Source: a virus (lineage: Duplodnaviria; Caudoviricetes). Taken from it: a stretch of DNA of 64,000 bases. The position numbers and the translations under genes are program-made. Of this stretch, positions 1 through 9,574 are shown one piece after another. The stretch lies in the IMG/VR virus record IMGVR_UViG_3300032246_002701, positions 1,512 through 65,511 of that record. One strand, written 5' to 3'. The notes beneath the pieces are model-generated. The model saw only the letters and a list, made by a program, of their open reading frames with translations, did not search any database and was not told the DNA's origin. Position 1 is the stretch's first letter. Every line of letters begins with the position of its first letter.

Positions 1-85
1 GTACAAAATTGAACAGGAAACGTTCGATGATGCTACTCATGCCATCAGTGCTACCAAAATACGCAAGGATATGGGTTTAGAGTAA
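1..85 (+). CDS. C-terminal fragment of a cytidylyltransferase-like (HIGH superfamily) protein, truncated by the window edge
   Basis: Frame 2 reads YKIEQETFDDATHAISATKIRKDMGLE*; ISATKIR is the typical C-terminal motif of this family. Confidence 0.55.
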   Translation, partial: YKIEQETFDDATHAISATKIRKDMGLE

Positions 86-96
86 CCTGTCTCGCC

Positions 97-133
97 CTGC
101 TCTCCCTTAATAAATACATTATTGGGAGAGCAG
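97..133 (+). promoter_or_regulatory. Late promoter core inside an RBS-sequestering hairpin
   Basis: Perfect inverted repeat CTGCTCTCCC (97-106)/GGGAGAGCAG (124-133) encloses TAAATA (111-116); ATG at 138. Confidence 0.6.
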
Positions 134-137
134 TGCC

Positions 138-473
138 ATGCGAGCCACTGAAATTATTAGAACTATTCTAGATGTTATTGATCAAGTTGATTCTGCTCAA
201 TCAGCAGAACCTGAAGTTGTTGCTGTAACCGCTATAGCAGAACCTAGCACCGGTCCACACGGTGACGATGTTAACAGATTTCGTCAAATTTTCGATCTAC
301 TAAGTGCTCAAACTAATCAAGTTTATGACAATAGCCCTGCAGAAGTAGTAGCAGGCATTGATTCAGTGACCTCACATGCAGGTGGGGGGTGGAATGGTCC
401 AAAAAACCCTGCTGACATGCGATCGGACAGTGTAAGTCTGTACCCAAACCATACGCATAAGCCAGGAGTCTAA
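138..473 (+). CDS. Hypothetical virion-associated protein
   Basis: 111 aa ORF, late promoter, MRATEII N-terminus. Confidence 0.6.
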   Translation: MRATEIIRTILDVIDQVDSAQSAEPEVVAVTAIAEPSTGPHGDDVNRFRQIFDLLSAQTNQVYDNSPAEVVAGIDSVTSHAGGGWNGPKNPADMRSDSVSLYPNHTHKPGV

Positions 474-475
474 GT

Positions 476-922
476 ATGGCTATTCTGGTTCAAAGTTTTC
501 TCAACAGTGCTACAAAATTATCCATTGCGGCAACTACAGCAACCACAGTGGCTCAATTAAAAAACTTGGTCAATACTGCTGAAGGTGTTAGCACCGCTGT
601 CATGCAGTTTTATATTGTAGATCCTGTTACCACTACAGCCACGGTGTTGGTCAGTGGCTCTCTGGGATCTTATGGCATCACCACTGCTACTACAATTTAC
701 AGTAGTAATACTATTTCAACATCTACAAATAAAGTGGATAGGCAATTGGCCAAACTAGAACTGGCACAGTTACGTCGTCAAGCAGGCGGAAATACCACAA
801 CCAATTATTATAGACTATACAATGTCTATGATGAAGATTTGCTAGCAGACAAGTATACCAGCAATACCAGCACTGTGGGAACTACCAGCACCTTGGTAAC
901 ACATAGGCCGTGGACCACATAA
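476..922 (+). CDS. Protein with an N-terminal ubiquitin-like (beta-grasp) domain
   Basis: MAILVQS..TTVAQLKNLVNTAEGV..L.SG.LGSYGI..TTI follows the ubiquitin pattern MQIFVKT..DTIENVKAKIQDKEGI..L.DG.L.DYNI..STL. Confidence 0.5.
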   Translation: MAILVQSFLNSATKLSIAATTATTVAQLKNLVNTAEGVSTAVMQFYIVDPVTTTATVLVSGSLGSYGITTATTIYSSNTISTSTNKVDRQLAKLELAQLRRQAGGNTTTNYYRLYNVYDEDLLADKYTSNTSTVGTTSTLVTHRPWTT

Positions 923-925
923 TAT

Positions 926-3900
926 ATGGCACAGGATCGTTACACCAATAATAGTACCGGTTATGAACATCCACAGGAGAGCAATCTCTTAAACATACAT
1001 AAGGCAATGACCTACAATGCTGCTGGTGAACCAGTCTTGCGGGTCTTAACATACAGCAGTGGAGGCGGAATGGATCTAACAGCATTGAGTGTTGTAACAA
1101 CCTCATCATACCTTGGTGGCAGTTTAGCCTATGACAACACCACTGGCGTGTTTACATTTGCTCCGGCCAACGAGTTAAAAAATCTATCAGTGGGCAATGA
1201 TCCCAACGCTGATCCAGCAGATACTAACCTGCAGACTATACTGGGCAGTGTCAATGGTGCTGATATTGTACTAGAACCACTCAACGGCAGTGTGCGTGTA
1301 TCTGCTCTTAAAGTAGGTTCTGGTGGAAACATATTAAACACTACCTTAAACATTGAAGCCTATATCACAACATATGAATTGGTCAGTATAGTTGACTACA
1401 GTACTGGGACCAACGATGCCTTAGTTATTGGTACCTATGGTAATATCAACGGTGTGCTCGCTCCTTGGACTGTGTTTGAACTGGCTTCAGGCATCAGCGG
1501 TATACCTATCAGTGCTATTGAAATCAACGACCGACTAACTGGGGCGGGCATTGTTCCTAGTACAGTTAAAGATCGTGGCGCAGGCGGCCCCGGCGGTGGT
1601 GATACTTCAACTTGGAATACCTATGTCATAGTTAACTTAGATCTAACAGGACTAGGACAAGTACTGCCTTTACCGGGCGCAGTATTTGACCTTACTCGCC
1701 CCTTGAACAAGGCTAACCTGAATATTCAAAGTTCCCAGGGAACAGACATTTTCCTTGACAGTACTGGACTAGGTGATGTTATTGTCAACACCAACATCCT
1801 ACCTGTTACTAACAACATCAGTAGTTTAGGTTCTCCCACTAAACGATGGAAATCAATTTATCTTGGACCGGGTACTATCTATGTCTTTGACGAAACACTG
1901 GGCAAGGATCTTTCTATCGGTGCCCGCGATGGTCTACTCTATGTACAAAACGGTGCTGGATTATCAGTCGGCGAGTTTACATTCATAGACAATCAGATTA
2001 GGATTGCTAACTCTGCTAGAGATATCATCATTGGTTCAACTGGTGCCACAGCCAGTGTAGTGTTCAATCGTGCTATCAAAGTTAAGAACAATCTCGGAGC
2101 ACTGGCTTTTGAAGTTGACAGAAACGGTATCACTTCAATCTTTACGCCCAGCGGCGCCGACCCCAACAAAGGCACACTGAACATCATTGGCACAGTCAGT
2201 GGACTGACACAGCCTCGTGGCACATTATACGATGGCACACTGTTACACCTAACAGCACAAGACGGAAAGAGCAGTCGCATCAGTTCGGATAGTTTTGGCA
2301 CAGGTGTATATCCTTTGTATGCGGGTCGTGCGGCCCGTGGCACAGTCAGTGCTCCTACAGCAGTACAGTTGAACGATATACTATCAAGACTAACAGCCGC
2401 AGGCTATGGCACAAGTCGGTATATGACAGGTATCAGCCGTTTTGATGCTGTGGCCTCAGAAAACTTTACTGACACAGCCTCAGGCACTAAGTTTGTATTT
2501 TCTACTACTCCCGTTGGCAACACGGCTACACAAGTATCAGCCACTGTTGACAGCACTGGCATAACCTTTGCTGGAGCAGTAGATGCCGATGCTGGTATCA
2601 CTTTTAGACTTGGTTCAAGGCTAACTTATTTTCCAACACCTGTAGGGCAAACTAACTATTATCTAAAAAGCAACGGTACTACAATGTCGTGGCAACCATT
2701 GCCGGTTACAGAAAATCCGATCATCTACAAAGGTTCCTGGAACGCAGACAGCAATACTCCGGCATTGAGCACTTCAACTCCTGTGGGATTAGTATCAGGT
2801 TGGGAATTTTCAATCTCTGCCAGTGGCACACAAAACATTGGCAATGGACCACAATACTATGCCGCAGGTGGATTTGTTATATTCAACGGCACCATATGGG
2901 AATACATACCTCCTGTGACTGGGGTTTCCAGCATACAGTTTGACGGTGGATCAGTTCAGACTGGCGTGGTACAGGTTCAAAGTACAGATATTACCAGCAC
3001 ATTGAATACAGGCAGTATTGCCAACGCCAAACTGGCCAACAGTTCAATAACTGTTAACGCAGGTACTGGACTATTGGGCGGCGGCACAGTGGCATTGGGC
3101 AGTAGTATAACATTATCTAACAATGGCGTGGTTGGTGTATCCGCAGGCACAGGCATTGGTGTATCAGGCACGGGCACGGTTACAATATCCAATACTGGTG
3201 TACTGACAGTTACAGGTACTAATCATATTTCAGCCAGCGTGGTCAGCGGCGCTGTCACAGTTACCAGCGATGCTACCATTAACGCTACTAACAATACTAT
3301 AGCATTGAGAGACAGTGTTGGCGGATTAGAAGCCAAAGACTTTACAGCCACACAGGATGCCAGCATCAGAAGTGATCACGGCCCATTCAACTACGGTACA
3401 TTAAGTTACAGTGATACAGGCATTATGGCTGATTTTAGTTACTCAGTCAACAGTTATAATCAAGTTGTACTACAGAATAGAAACGCAGGAGCCGCAGCCA
3501 GTACAAACTACATAGTTAGCAACAACCTAGGCACATCTAGTACCTACTATGGTGAGTTTGGCATGAACTCAAGTGGGTTCAGCGGATCAGGTAGTTTTGC
3601 CCTACCTAATGCTGTTTATCTTGCGGCAGTGTCCAGCGATTTAGTCATCGGTACACTGGGCAACAATAGTCTTCGCATAGTAACCAACAACAGCGGCACA
3701 GATGCTGTCTCAATAAACTCAAGTGGTATTGCTACATTTGCCAATCAAATCGTGGGCAGCATCAGTGGATCAGCCAACAATGTTAGACAGAATCTAACAG
3801 CAGGCACAGGTATATCATTTAGCATGGGCACTACCTACAATGGATCTGCGGCTATAACTATCAGTGCTACCAATACCGCTACAGGCACAGTGACCAGAGT

Positions 3901-4417
3901 CAGTGGCACGGGCACAATCAGTGGACTGACATTAACGGGAAACATTACAACATCAGGTAACCTAACACTAGGCGGAACACTAGACAAGGCCAGCAGTAGC
4001 ACATTTGGTATTGCTCAAGTAGACGGCACAACCATCACAGCCAACGCAGGTGTTATCAGTGCTGTACAGACTGGCGTTGATAGTTTTACTTCTCTAGTTA
4101 CCACACAGATTACCACATTGTCTGTTGATATGACTAACGGTCCAACTATGATATTTTGGCAACCCAGTGCCAACGGCAATAGAGCAATTACTTTAAGTGA
4201 CTTTACCGCAGGACGCAGAGTTAAAATCTTTATTACTCCGCATCGTGCCCAAGACATATTCACATTTACCGGCGTCACAGCCAGTCAGTGTAGTAACGGT
4301 GTAAACACCTTTGTGCTGGGCGGAGGTGGTGTAGCACAGTCAAGCATGATGATTGAAGTATTATCAACTACTACTGCTACTAGCGGCGTATGGATATTTG
4401 GCTTTGGAAGTCAATAA
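926..4417 (+). CDS. Large tail fibre / virion structural protein
   Basis: 1163 aa, G/T/S-rich, AGTGI/AGTGL repeats, LGSPTKRWKSIY and YKGSWNA..NTPAL motifs typical of phage fibres. Confidence 0.75.
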   Translation: MAQDRYTNNSTGYEHPQESNLLNIHKAMTYNAAGEPVLRVLTYSSGGGMDLTALSVVTTSSYLGGSLAYDNTTGVFTFAPANELKNLSVGNDPNADPADTNLQTILGSVNGADIVLEPLNGSVRVSALKVGSGGNILNTTLNIEAYITTYELVSIVDYSTGTNDALVIGTYGNINGVLAPWTVFELASGISGIPISAIEINDRLTGAGIVPSTVKDRGAGGPGGGDTSTWNTYVIVNLDLTGLGQVLPLPGAVFDLTRPLNKANLNIQSSQGTDIFLDSTGLGDVIVNTNILPVTNNISSLGSPTKRWKSIYLGPGTIYVFDETLGKDLSIGARDGLLYVQNGAGLSVGEFTFIDNQIRIANSARDIIIGSTGATASVVFNRAIKVKNNLGALAFEVDRNGITSIFTPSGADPNKGTLNIIGTVSGLTQPRGTLYDGTLLHLTAQDGKSSRISSDSFGTGVYPLYAGRAARGTVSAPTAVQLNDILSRLTAAGYGTSRYMTGISRFDAVASENFTDTASGTKFVFSTTPVGNTATQVSATVDSTGITFAGAVDADAGITFRLGSRLTYFPTPVGQTNYYLKSNGTTMSWQPLPVTENPIIYKGSWNADSNTPALSTSTPVGLVSGWEFSISASGTQNIGNGPQYYAAGGFVIFNGTIWEYIPPVTGVSSIQFDGGSVQTGVVQVQSTDITSTLNTGSIANAKLANSSITVNAGTGLLGGGTVALGSSITLSNNGVVGVSAGTGIGVSGTGTVTISNTGVLTVTGTNHISASVVSGAVTVTSDATINATNNTIALRDSVGGLEAKDFTATQDASIRSDHGPFNYGTLSYSDTGIMADFSYSVNSYNQVVLQNRNAGAAASTNYIVSNNLGTSSTYYGEFGMNSSGFSGSGSFALPNAVYLAAVSSDLVIGTLGNNSLRIVTNNSGTDAVSINSSGIATFANQIVGSISGSANNVRQNLTAGTGISFSMGTTYNGSAAITISATNTATGTVTRVSGTGTISGLTLTGNITTSGNLTLGGTLDKASSSTFGIAQVDGTTITANAGVISAVQTGVDSFTSLVTTQITTLSVDMTNGPTMIFWQPSANGNRAITLSDFTAGRRVKIFITPHRAQDIFTFTGVTASQCSNGVNTFVLGGGGVAQSSMMIEVLSTTTATSGVWIFGFGSQ

Positions 4418-4451
4418 ATAATATCATTGTAAATACACAAAAGGAAAAATT

Positions 4452-4892
4452 ATGAAAGCAGTTCTAGCATTATTAATAGCATTTTTAATACCCGTTGCGG
4501 TTTTAGCACAAAAACAACCACCAGGAGTAATGTACGATGTAGTCATTACCAAAGTGGTGGACGGAGACACTGTGGGGTTTGAAGCCCTTTATCTTCCTGC
4601 ACCCTTAAAGCCAGAACTGCGTCTAAGAGTATATGGCGTGGACACTCCGGAAAAAGGTTTTAGAGCCAAATGCGACAGTGAAGCACAGAGAGGTGCCGCT
4701 GCCACAGAGTTTACTAAAAAACTAGTTAATCAAAGTCAGCGTCGACAAATTGTGCTCATGGACTGGGACAAGTACGGTGGCCGTGTGCTAGGTGATCTAC
4801 TGCTTGATGGTGTGAGCCTTCGTCAACAATTAATCGCCAATGGTTATGCTCGCGAATATTACGGCGAGGCCAAGACCAGCTGGTGTAACTAA
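4452..4892 (+). CDS. Thermonuclease (SNase family) with signal peptide
   Basis: VVDGDT, RLRVYGVDTPE, DKYGGRVLG, LIANGYA motifs. Confidence 0.9.
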   Translation: MKAVLALLIAFLIPVAVLAQKQPPGVMYDVVITKVVDGDTVGFEALYLPAPLKPELRLRVYGVDTPEKGFRAKCDSEAQRGAAATEFTKKLVNQSQRRQIVLMDWDKYGGRVLGDLLLDGVSLRQQLIANGYAREYYGEAKTSWCN

Positions 4893-4895
4893 CAT

Positions 4896-4975
4896 ACCCT
4901 AGGACCGTTTGGGGTTATGTGGCCGGCTGCTGGCCTAACAACAGGACTCGCTACCCTTGTTGTTTCAAGTGAGCA
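4896..4975 (+). ncRNA. Candidate structured RNA (three hairpins plus pseudoknot)
   Basis: GC-rich intergenic tract: ACCCTA/TGGGGT, GGCCGG/CTGGCC, AACAACAGG/CCTTGTTGTT; loop CTCGCT complementary to downstream AGTGAG. Confidence 0.4.
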
Positions 4976-5003
4976 CTCATTAATAATCATATGGAAAAAC
5001 AAC

Positions 5004-5567
5004 ATGAGATTTCGTGAAATATTTGAAGGACAAAATACCACACCTTTTACTTGTTTACAAGCAGTAACTGATATTGTCGGTAAAGAAAATATTTCGTTAG
5101 ATAGAAATTCCATTAAACCGAATCAATTTTTAATTACCAGTGTTGATTTGGATGACAAGTATAATCAAATTGATAAAAAAGATGCTAGTCGAATGTACCC
5201 CCATCAACTTGCAGGAAAAAATAAAGCCATTGCTTTTGCTGCTTTTAGCAGGAGAACTGATGCTGATAATGCACCTAGTCCATTTTTTAAAGATATGCCG
5301 GAACTAGACGAGAAACCTTTTTCAGGAACAATAACAGTCCCTGACATCAATAGTAGGGATGCAGCACATATAGCCAGTGCGGTACACGAAGCGTATCATG
5401 CTTGGATTTTTTCTAGATCTAAAGCAGGCAATCTATATGCTAATGAAAAAATGGTAAATCAACTGGCTGAAAAATGGTTAAAGAAGCACCTTTCCGGAAT
5501 TCAATTACATGCTGCATTAGAAGTTATAACACATAGTAGAATAAGTTATGGTCATAATGAAGAATAA
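5004..5567 (+). CDS. Hypothetical protein with HExxH motif
   Basis: Likely start MRFREIFE at 5004; AVHEAYH followed by NEKMVN. Confidence 0.55.
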   Translation: MRFREIFEGQNTTPFTCLQAVTDIVGKENISLDRNSIKPNQFLITSVDLDDKYNQIDKKDASRMYPHQLAGKNKAIAFAAFSRRTDADNAPSPFFKDMPELDEKPFSGTITVPDINSRDAAHIASAVHEAYHAWIFSRSKAGNLYANEKMVNQLAEKWLKKHLSGIQLHAALEVITHSRISYGHNEE

Positions 5568-5597
5568 TTTTATACTTTATAAACAGTAACACCTTGC

Positions 5598-5605
5598 TAT
5601 AAATA
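5598..5605 (+). promoter_or_regulatory. T4-like late promoter
   Basis: TATAAATA, 5 nt before ATG 5611. Confidence 0.7.
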
Positions 5606-5610
5606 CTACC

Positions 5611-6018
5611 ATGCGAGCCAGAGAATTTACAGCCAACAGTGAAACAAAAGAACAGTTTATGGACATGTTCTCTAAATTCTTGCCTCTAGCAATGCACTAC
5701 ATTGACCTAAAGTCCTTGCCCAAGATGGTTTTTATGACTGATGTTGACAGTCCGGATCAACCTACTTTTGGTATGTACGTTAACAATGAAAATATACTAT
5801 ATGTAGCCTTGGCCAATAGACATCCGGTAGACATACTGAGAACTGTGGCACATGAACTGGTACACTATAAACAAGATACCGAGCATCAATTAAATATTGA
5901 TAGTGGGAAAACAGGTAGCCCTGAAGAAAATCAAGCACATCAAGTTGCAGGCATTGTGATGCGTCATTTTAACAAAAGATACCCCGAATTTCTTAAAAGT
6001 AAACCCATAATCGCATAA
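5611..6018 (+). CDS. Zinc metallopeptidase-like protein (HExxH, ImmA/IrrE-like)
   Basis: LRTVAHELVHYKQ ... EENQAH. Confidence 0.7.
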   Translation: MRAREFTANSETKEQFMDMFSKFLPLAMHYIDLKSLPKMVFMTDVDSPDQPTFGMYVNNENILYVALANRHPVDILRTVAHELVHYKQDTEHQLNIDSGKTGSPEENQAHQVAGIVMRHFNKRYPEFLKSKPIIA

Positions 6019-6022
6019 AGAA

Positions 6023-6046
6023 AAAGCCCTAGTTTCCTAGGGCTTT
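6023..6046. terminator. Intrinsic terminator between convergent genes
   Basis: AAAGCCCTAG-TTTC-CTAGGGCTTT. Confidence 0.75.
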
Positions 6047-6101
6047 ATTATTTCAGGTTTTGTAAAAGGCCAAGCCTCGAATTTGTTATTATATAGTTAT
6101 A

Positions 6102-6368
6102 TTATTTAGTTTTGTTAACAAAGTTGTACATTTTTTCTGCAGTCTCGAGAACTTTATCTAAACCGGGCACTTGTGGCATTTCAACGGTGCTAACCAGTTG
6201 ACCAGTTTTTTCATCACGCTTACTGGTCAATTCCCAGCCCTGCCACTTATATTGAAATTCATTGTAGACTAGTCCGTGTGCCATGCCTAGAATGTCTGAT
6301 CGAATTTCATAACCTGTCTTATTAAATTTAACTTCGGGCATCTTTGGAATCATATTATCGTTTGACAT
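6102..6368 (-). CDS. Hypothetical phage protein
   Basis: Start MSNDN at 6368 after an AAGGAG RBS; GYEIRSDIL motif. Confidence 0.65.
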   Translation of the reverse strand: MSNDNMIPKMPEVKFNKTGYEIRSDILGMAHGLVYNEFQYKWQGWELTSKRDEKTGQLVSTVEMPQVPGLDKVLETAEKMYNFVNKTK

Positions 6369-6491
6369 AGTATTCTCCTTATGTGTGTATGTCTGTGTAA
6401 TGCAGTACAATTACTGCCTACATATTTAGTATATGTGTTTTAGCACTATATAACAACTGGTCTGAAAGAATTTGTCTAGACAAATATGTCC

Positions 6492-6587
6492 TTAGTGCCA
6501 GTGCTTGCTATAGATACTAGATTTATATTCGTAGATAGATTCTGCACAAGTTATAAGAAAATCCCATGCCTGTTTGATCACATCCAT
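6492..6587 (-). CDS. Small hypothetical protein (31 aa)
   Basis: MDVIKQAWDFLITCAESIYEYKSSIYSKHWH, GGAG upstream, overlaps the end of the neighbouring gene. Confidence 0.35.
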   Translation of the reverse strand: MDVIKQAWDFLITCAESIYEYKSSIYSKHWH

Positions 6588-6760
6588 GAGTTTCTCCCGA
6601 TCACTTCTCTATTATAAATTCTAATCCACAGGTCGGCTTCTGCAGCATTCCCAGGATTCTTAGATAGAAGATATTTTTCGAGATCGCTTTGATATCTGTG
6701 ATCAGCATGGTCTAATAACTGATTTATTTTTTCGATTAGTTTAGAAAAATAGTTCAACAT
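6578..6760 (-). CDS. Small hypothetical protein
   Basis: 60 aa ORF with AAGGG upstream. Confidence 0.55.
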   Translation of the reverse strand: MLNYFSKLIEKINQLLDHADHRYQSDLEKYLLSKNPGNAAEADLWIRIYNREVIGRNSWM

Positions 6761-6898
6761 TGTGTGTCCCTTGTAAGTGTAGTGAGCTCGTGACTCAATG
6801 AATATTTATGCTGCGTCGCACAAAGTTGTAGAATTTAAGAATAAAATTATAGTTTCCAAATTTCTTTTAGGATATAAATATTAAAAAAGGAATATATC

Positions 6899-7198
6899 TT
6901 GAAACGGACCACTAAAAGTTTACTTGAAGAATTAAATTCAATTTCTTTCAAGAAAAATAGTGAAAACATTGTTGAAAGTAGGGCCACACACGTTATCAAC
7001 AGTGCTATTAATCTGTTAGGCATAATTAAGGAAAGTTTTCCACCAGAACAGGCTTATGAACTAGAAAGAAGATTTATAAATTCAATAAAGGCAAGCGATC
7101 CCAGTAAATTTACTAGAGGTATTCGTAAATTACGGGACAGCAAGGAAACCGCTCGAGGACTAAAGATCATAGAAGGCAATCTAAAAGATGATGATTGA
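6899..7198 (+). CDS. Hypothetical phage protein
   Basis: TTG start, AAGGA RBS, TATAAATA at 6873-6880. Confidence 0.65.
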   Translation: MKRTTKSLLEELNSISFKKNSENIVESRATHVINSAINLLGIIKESFPPEQAYELERRFINSIKASDPSKFTRGIRKLRDSKETARGLKIIEGNLKDDD

Positions 7199-7278
7199 GC
7201 AAAAAATTTTTCAAAAAGACTAAATAATTGCACTACAGTTTCAGGGTTGAAACTTAACAAGATCAAGGAGATTTTAAA

Positions 7279-7719
7279 ATGGCCAAATTAATTAAAAAGA
7301 ATGAAACAGTCGTAGCACCAGCCTTTAAGAACGGTGTTTCACTGCAGTTTTTTCAACTATCGTTCCCTTCAGACATTTCAGCTAAACTAGATACAGACAC
7401 TGTGTCATATACTGACTCAGCCACAGTTTCTTCACGTAGCCCAGTTGCAGCCGCTCTAGACGCAGTTGCTCAAAGAGCTTCGATTGAGGTCATTGGTAAT
7501 GTTCAGAATCTAACATATGGTACAGGACAAGACCTACGCTTTGCTGTTGCTGCACTAGGCGGTGACTTCCCAACTGATACATATGACGGTGTAAACAGCG
7601 TCACAATGGCTAGTCGCTTACAGACACTAGTCCGTAATGCTAGTACTGGCACCAGCGGTTGGATCCTATATCAAGGAGTTAACCTAGCTCTTAGCACTGT
7701 AACATCAATTACAATCTAA
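7279..7719 (+). CDS. Probable virion structural protein
   Basis: Strong AAGGAG RBS, upstream TAAATA, own terminator, T/S/A-rich composition. Confidence 0.55.
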   Translation: MAKLIKKNETVVAPAFKNGVSLQFFQLSFPSDISAKLDTDTVSYTDSATVSSRSPVAAALDAVAQRASIEVIGNVQNLTYGTGQDLRFAVAALGGDFPTDTYDGVNSVTMASRLQTLVRNASTGTSGWILYQGVNLALSTVTSITI

Positions 7720-7736
7720 TTTTAAAATTAGATATG

Positions 7737-7764
7737 AAAGGCATCTTTTTAGATGCCTTTTTTT
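7737..7764 (+). terminator. Intrinsic terminator
   Basis: AAAGGCATCT-TTTT-AGATGCCTTT plus T-run. Confidence 0.8.
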
Positions 7765-7794
7765 ATGGCATAAATATCGTTAAATAGGTATATT

Positions 7795-8220
7795 ATGCAG
7801 ATAATTGAAATTCAAACCTTAGTAGATATTACAAATACCAAAATAACAAGACCTCGAATTGATCTACAATTTGAACACGATCAGTATAGAAATTTTATAA
7901 CTTTAAAGCAGTGTGTGGAAATTAGATCTATCATCACATATGACACAGATCCTATAATGGAGGTTAAAGACCTCAAAGATCTAGGATTTGGTTCAAAGTT
8001 TAAAGGTAAACAGGCTGTGTGGAGATTTAGGTTCAGTCCAGATCGATCTGGTGTTTATAGTGACAACATTGATGAAATAGGCTGTTTGATCAATGACCTA
8101 CACGAAGTTCCAATCATTAAAAACTTAAAGGAAACTATAAATATAGAAAAGTCCATTTTCGATCTTAAAAATGAAACCACTAAAAACACAATCATTAAGG
8201 CACTCAAAGGCGCAATCTAG
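7795..8220 (+). CDS. Hypothetical phage protein
   Basis: 141 aa ORF after TAAATA motifs. Confidence 0.6.
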   Translation: MQIIEIQTLVDITNTKITRPRIDLQFEHDQYRNFITLKQCVEIRSIITYDTDPIMEVKDLKDLGFGSKFKGKQAVWRFRFSPDRSGVYSDNIDEIGCLINDLHEVPIIKNLKETINIEKSIFDLKNETTKNTIIKALKGAI

Positions 8221-8264
8221 GCAAATTAAATTTTTTATAGGTACGCAAACACTTTCGGAGAGCC

Positions 8265-8504
8265 TTGATGTCTATTCCTACCGATATTGAAAAAGAAAAT
8301 TTAGAAGCACACGTCGAACTTTGTTCTCAAAGGTATGATGCTCTTGAGAAGCGGTTGACCAGTGTGGAAGAAAAAATAGTGACACTACAAACTACTATAG
8401 AAAAAAGTCATTTATCAACTATAAAGGTATTGATAGGCACTGCGGGCACTGTGATAGCCAGTGTACTTGGTGTTGTGATAGTGTTGCTTACTAAAGGCGG
8501 TTAA
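8265..8504 (+). CDS. Coiled-coil protein with C-terminal TM helix (holin/hemolysin-like)
   Basis: LEAHVELCSQRY coiled coil; hydrophobic C-terminus. Confidence 0.55.
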   Translation: MMSIPTDIEKENLEAHVELCSQRYDALEKRLTSVEEKIVTLQTTIEKSHLSTIKVLIGTAGTVIASVLGVVIVLLTKGG

Positions 8505-8507
8505 AAT

Positions 8508-8879
8508 ATGAAAATTTCGGAATTAGTATCAGAACAAACTATAGGCACTACTGGTTCGACTACAGGAACTCCCGGACAAGTAGGCCAAGTAAGTCAAACT
8601 GCTCCAACAACTTCTGCAACTGCAACACCTACAACCGACCCCAATGTACAAAAATTAGCAGCAATGCTAACACAAAATAAAATTATTGATAATGAAAATC
8701 AGGTAAATGATTTTATGGCTGCTAAAACAGCTACTGATACCGGAAAGCCCTTAACACCTCAACAACAGGCGGTCATGGCAAGATTAGGACCTGCAGTTCT
8801 TAAAAATAAAACACTAGATCAGAATTTAGATCTTTTGCTAAAAACAATGTCTGCACAAAAACCTGGTTCTTCTGTTTAA
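8508..8879 (+). CDS. Hypothetical protein, possible head-internal protein
   Basis: MKISELVSE N-terminus; T/Q-rich low-complexity segment. Confidence 0.55.
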   Translation: MKISELVSEQTIGTTGSTTGTPGQVGQVSQTAPTTSATATPTTDPNVQKLAAMLTQNKIIDNENQVNDFMAAKTATDTGKPLTPQQQAVMARLGPAVLKNKTLDQNLDLLLKTMSAQKPGSSV

Positions 8880-8880
8880 A

Positions 8881-9090
8881 ATGAAAATAGTACAATTATT
8901 ATCTGGCATTAAAATTCCTCTCACCAATGAGGAAAAGAAATTTGTTCGCCAACATAAGAATCATATCTTTCTTAAAAATTTAGATGAGCATAATCAATGG
9001 ATCGCTCAGAACCTAGTTCGAAAAGGTGTTTATTCAATAAGTAATGATAATCAAACATTAATTAAGAATTTGAATGAAACCCCTACCTGA
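8881..9090 (+). CDS. Hypothetical protein
   Basis: 69 aa ORF in a tight operon. Confidence 0.55.
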   Translation: MKIVQLLSGIKIPLTNEEKKFVRQHKNHIFLKNLDEHNQWIAQNLVRKGVYSISNDNQTLIKNLNETPT

Positions 9091-9544
9091 TGATCTTTAT
9101 CAAAAAATAGAAATATTAAATCAAACTGTTGTATCTAAACTTCGACAACAGGGCATAATTCTACCTGTAAAAACAAATAGCAGCAGAATTAGAATTGGTA
9201 AATATTTTATTGAAAAAAATAAAAATGGATTTTTTGAAATACTATCACATCGTGGTGAATCGATGGTATCAAATATTAATTTACCACAAACTGCTGCACT
9301 AGTAGCCAACAATCTAGCGTTAGGCAAGTGGTTAGATCGAGATCTAATCGCAGTAGATCAAAAATATGGACACGCATCCTTTGATGAATTAGTTCATCAA
9401 AAGTCGGCAGAACGCAATATTAAACTGCAGAACTATGATAAGGCCGAAATAATGATGATTAAATCTTCAATTGCTCGGCATAAAAAAGAAAACTACAAAA
9501 GATCCATTTCTGCTAGTTTTGAAAAACTGCTAGCGTTTAGATAA
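9074..9544 (+). CDS. Hypothetical protein
   Basis: 156 aa ORF overlapping the previous gene. Confidence 0.55.
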   Translation: MKPLPDDLYQKIEILNQTVVSKLRQQGIILPVKTNSSRIRIGKYFIEKNKNGFFEILSHRGESMVSNINLPQTAALVANNLALGKWLDRDLIAVDQKYGHASFDELVHQKSAERNIKLQNYDKAEIMMIKSSIARHKKENYKRSISASFEKLLAFR

Positions 9545-9574
9545 ATAAAATTAATCGAATCTTTTGGAAAATTT

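Noticed and set aside
4917-5003. N-terminal extension of the 4917-5567 ORF
   Set aside because: Overlaps the structured-RNA candidate; ATG 5004 gives the shared MRxxE N-terminus
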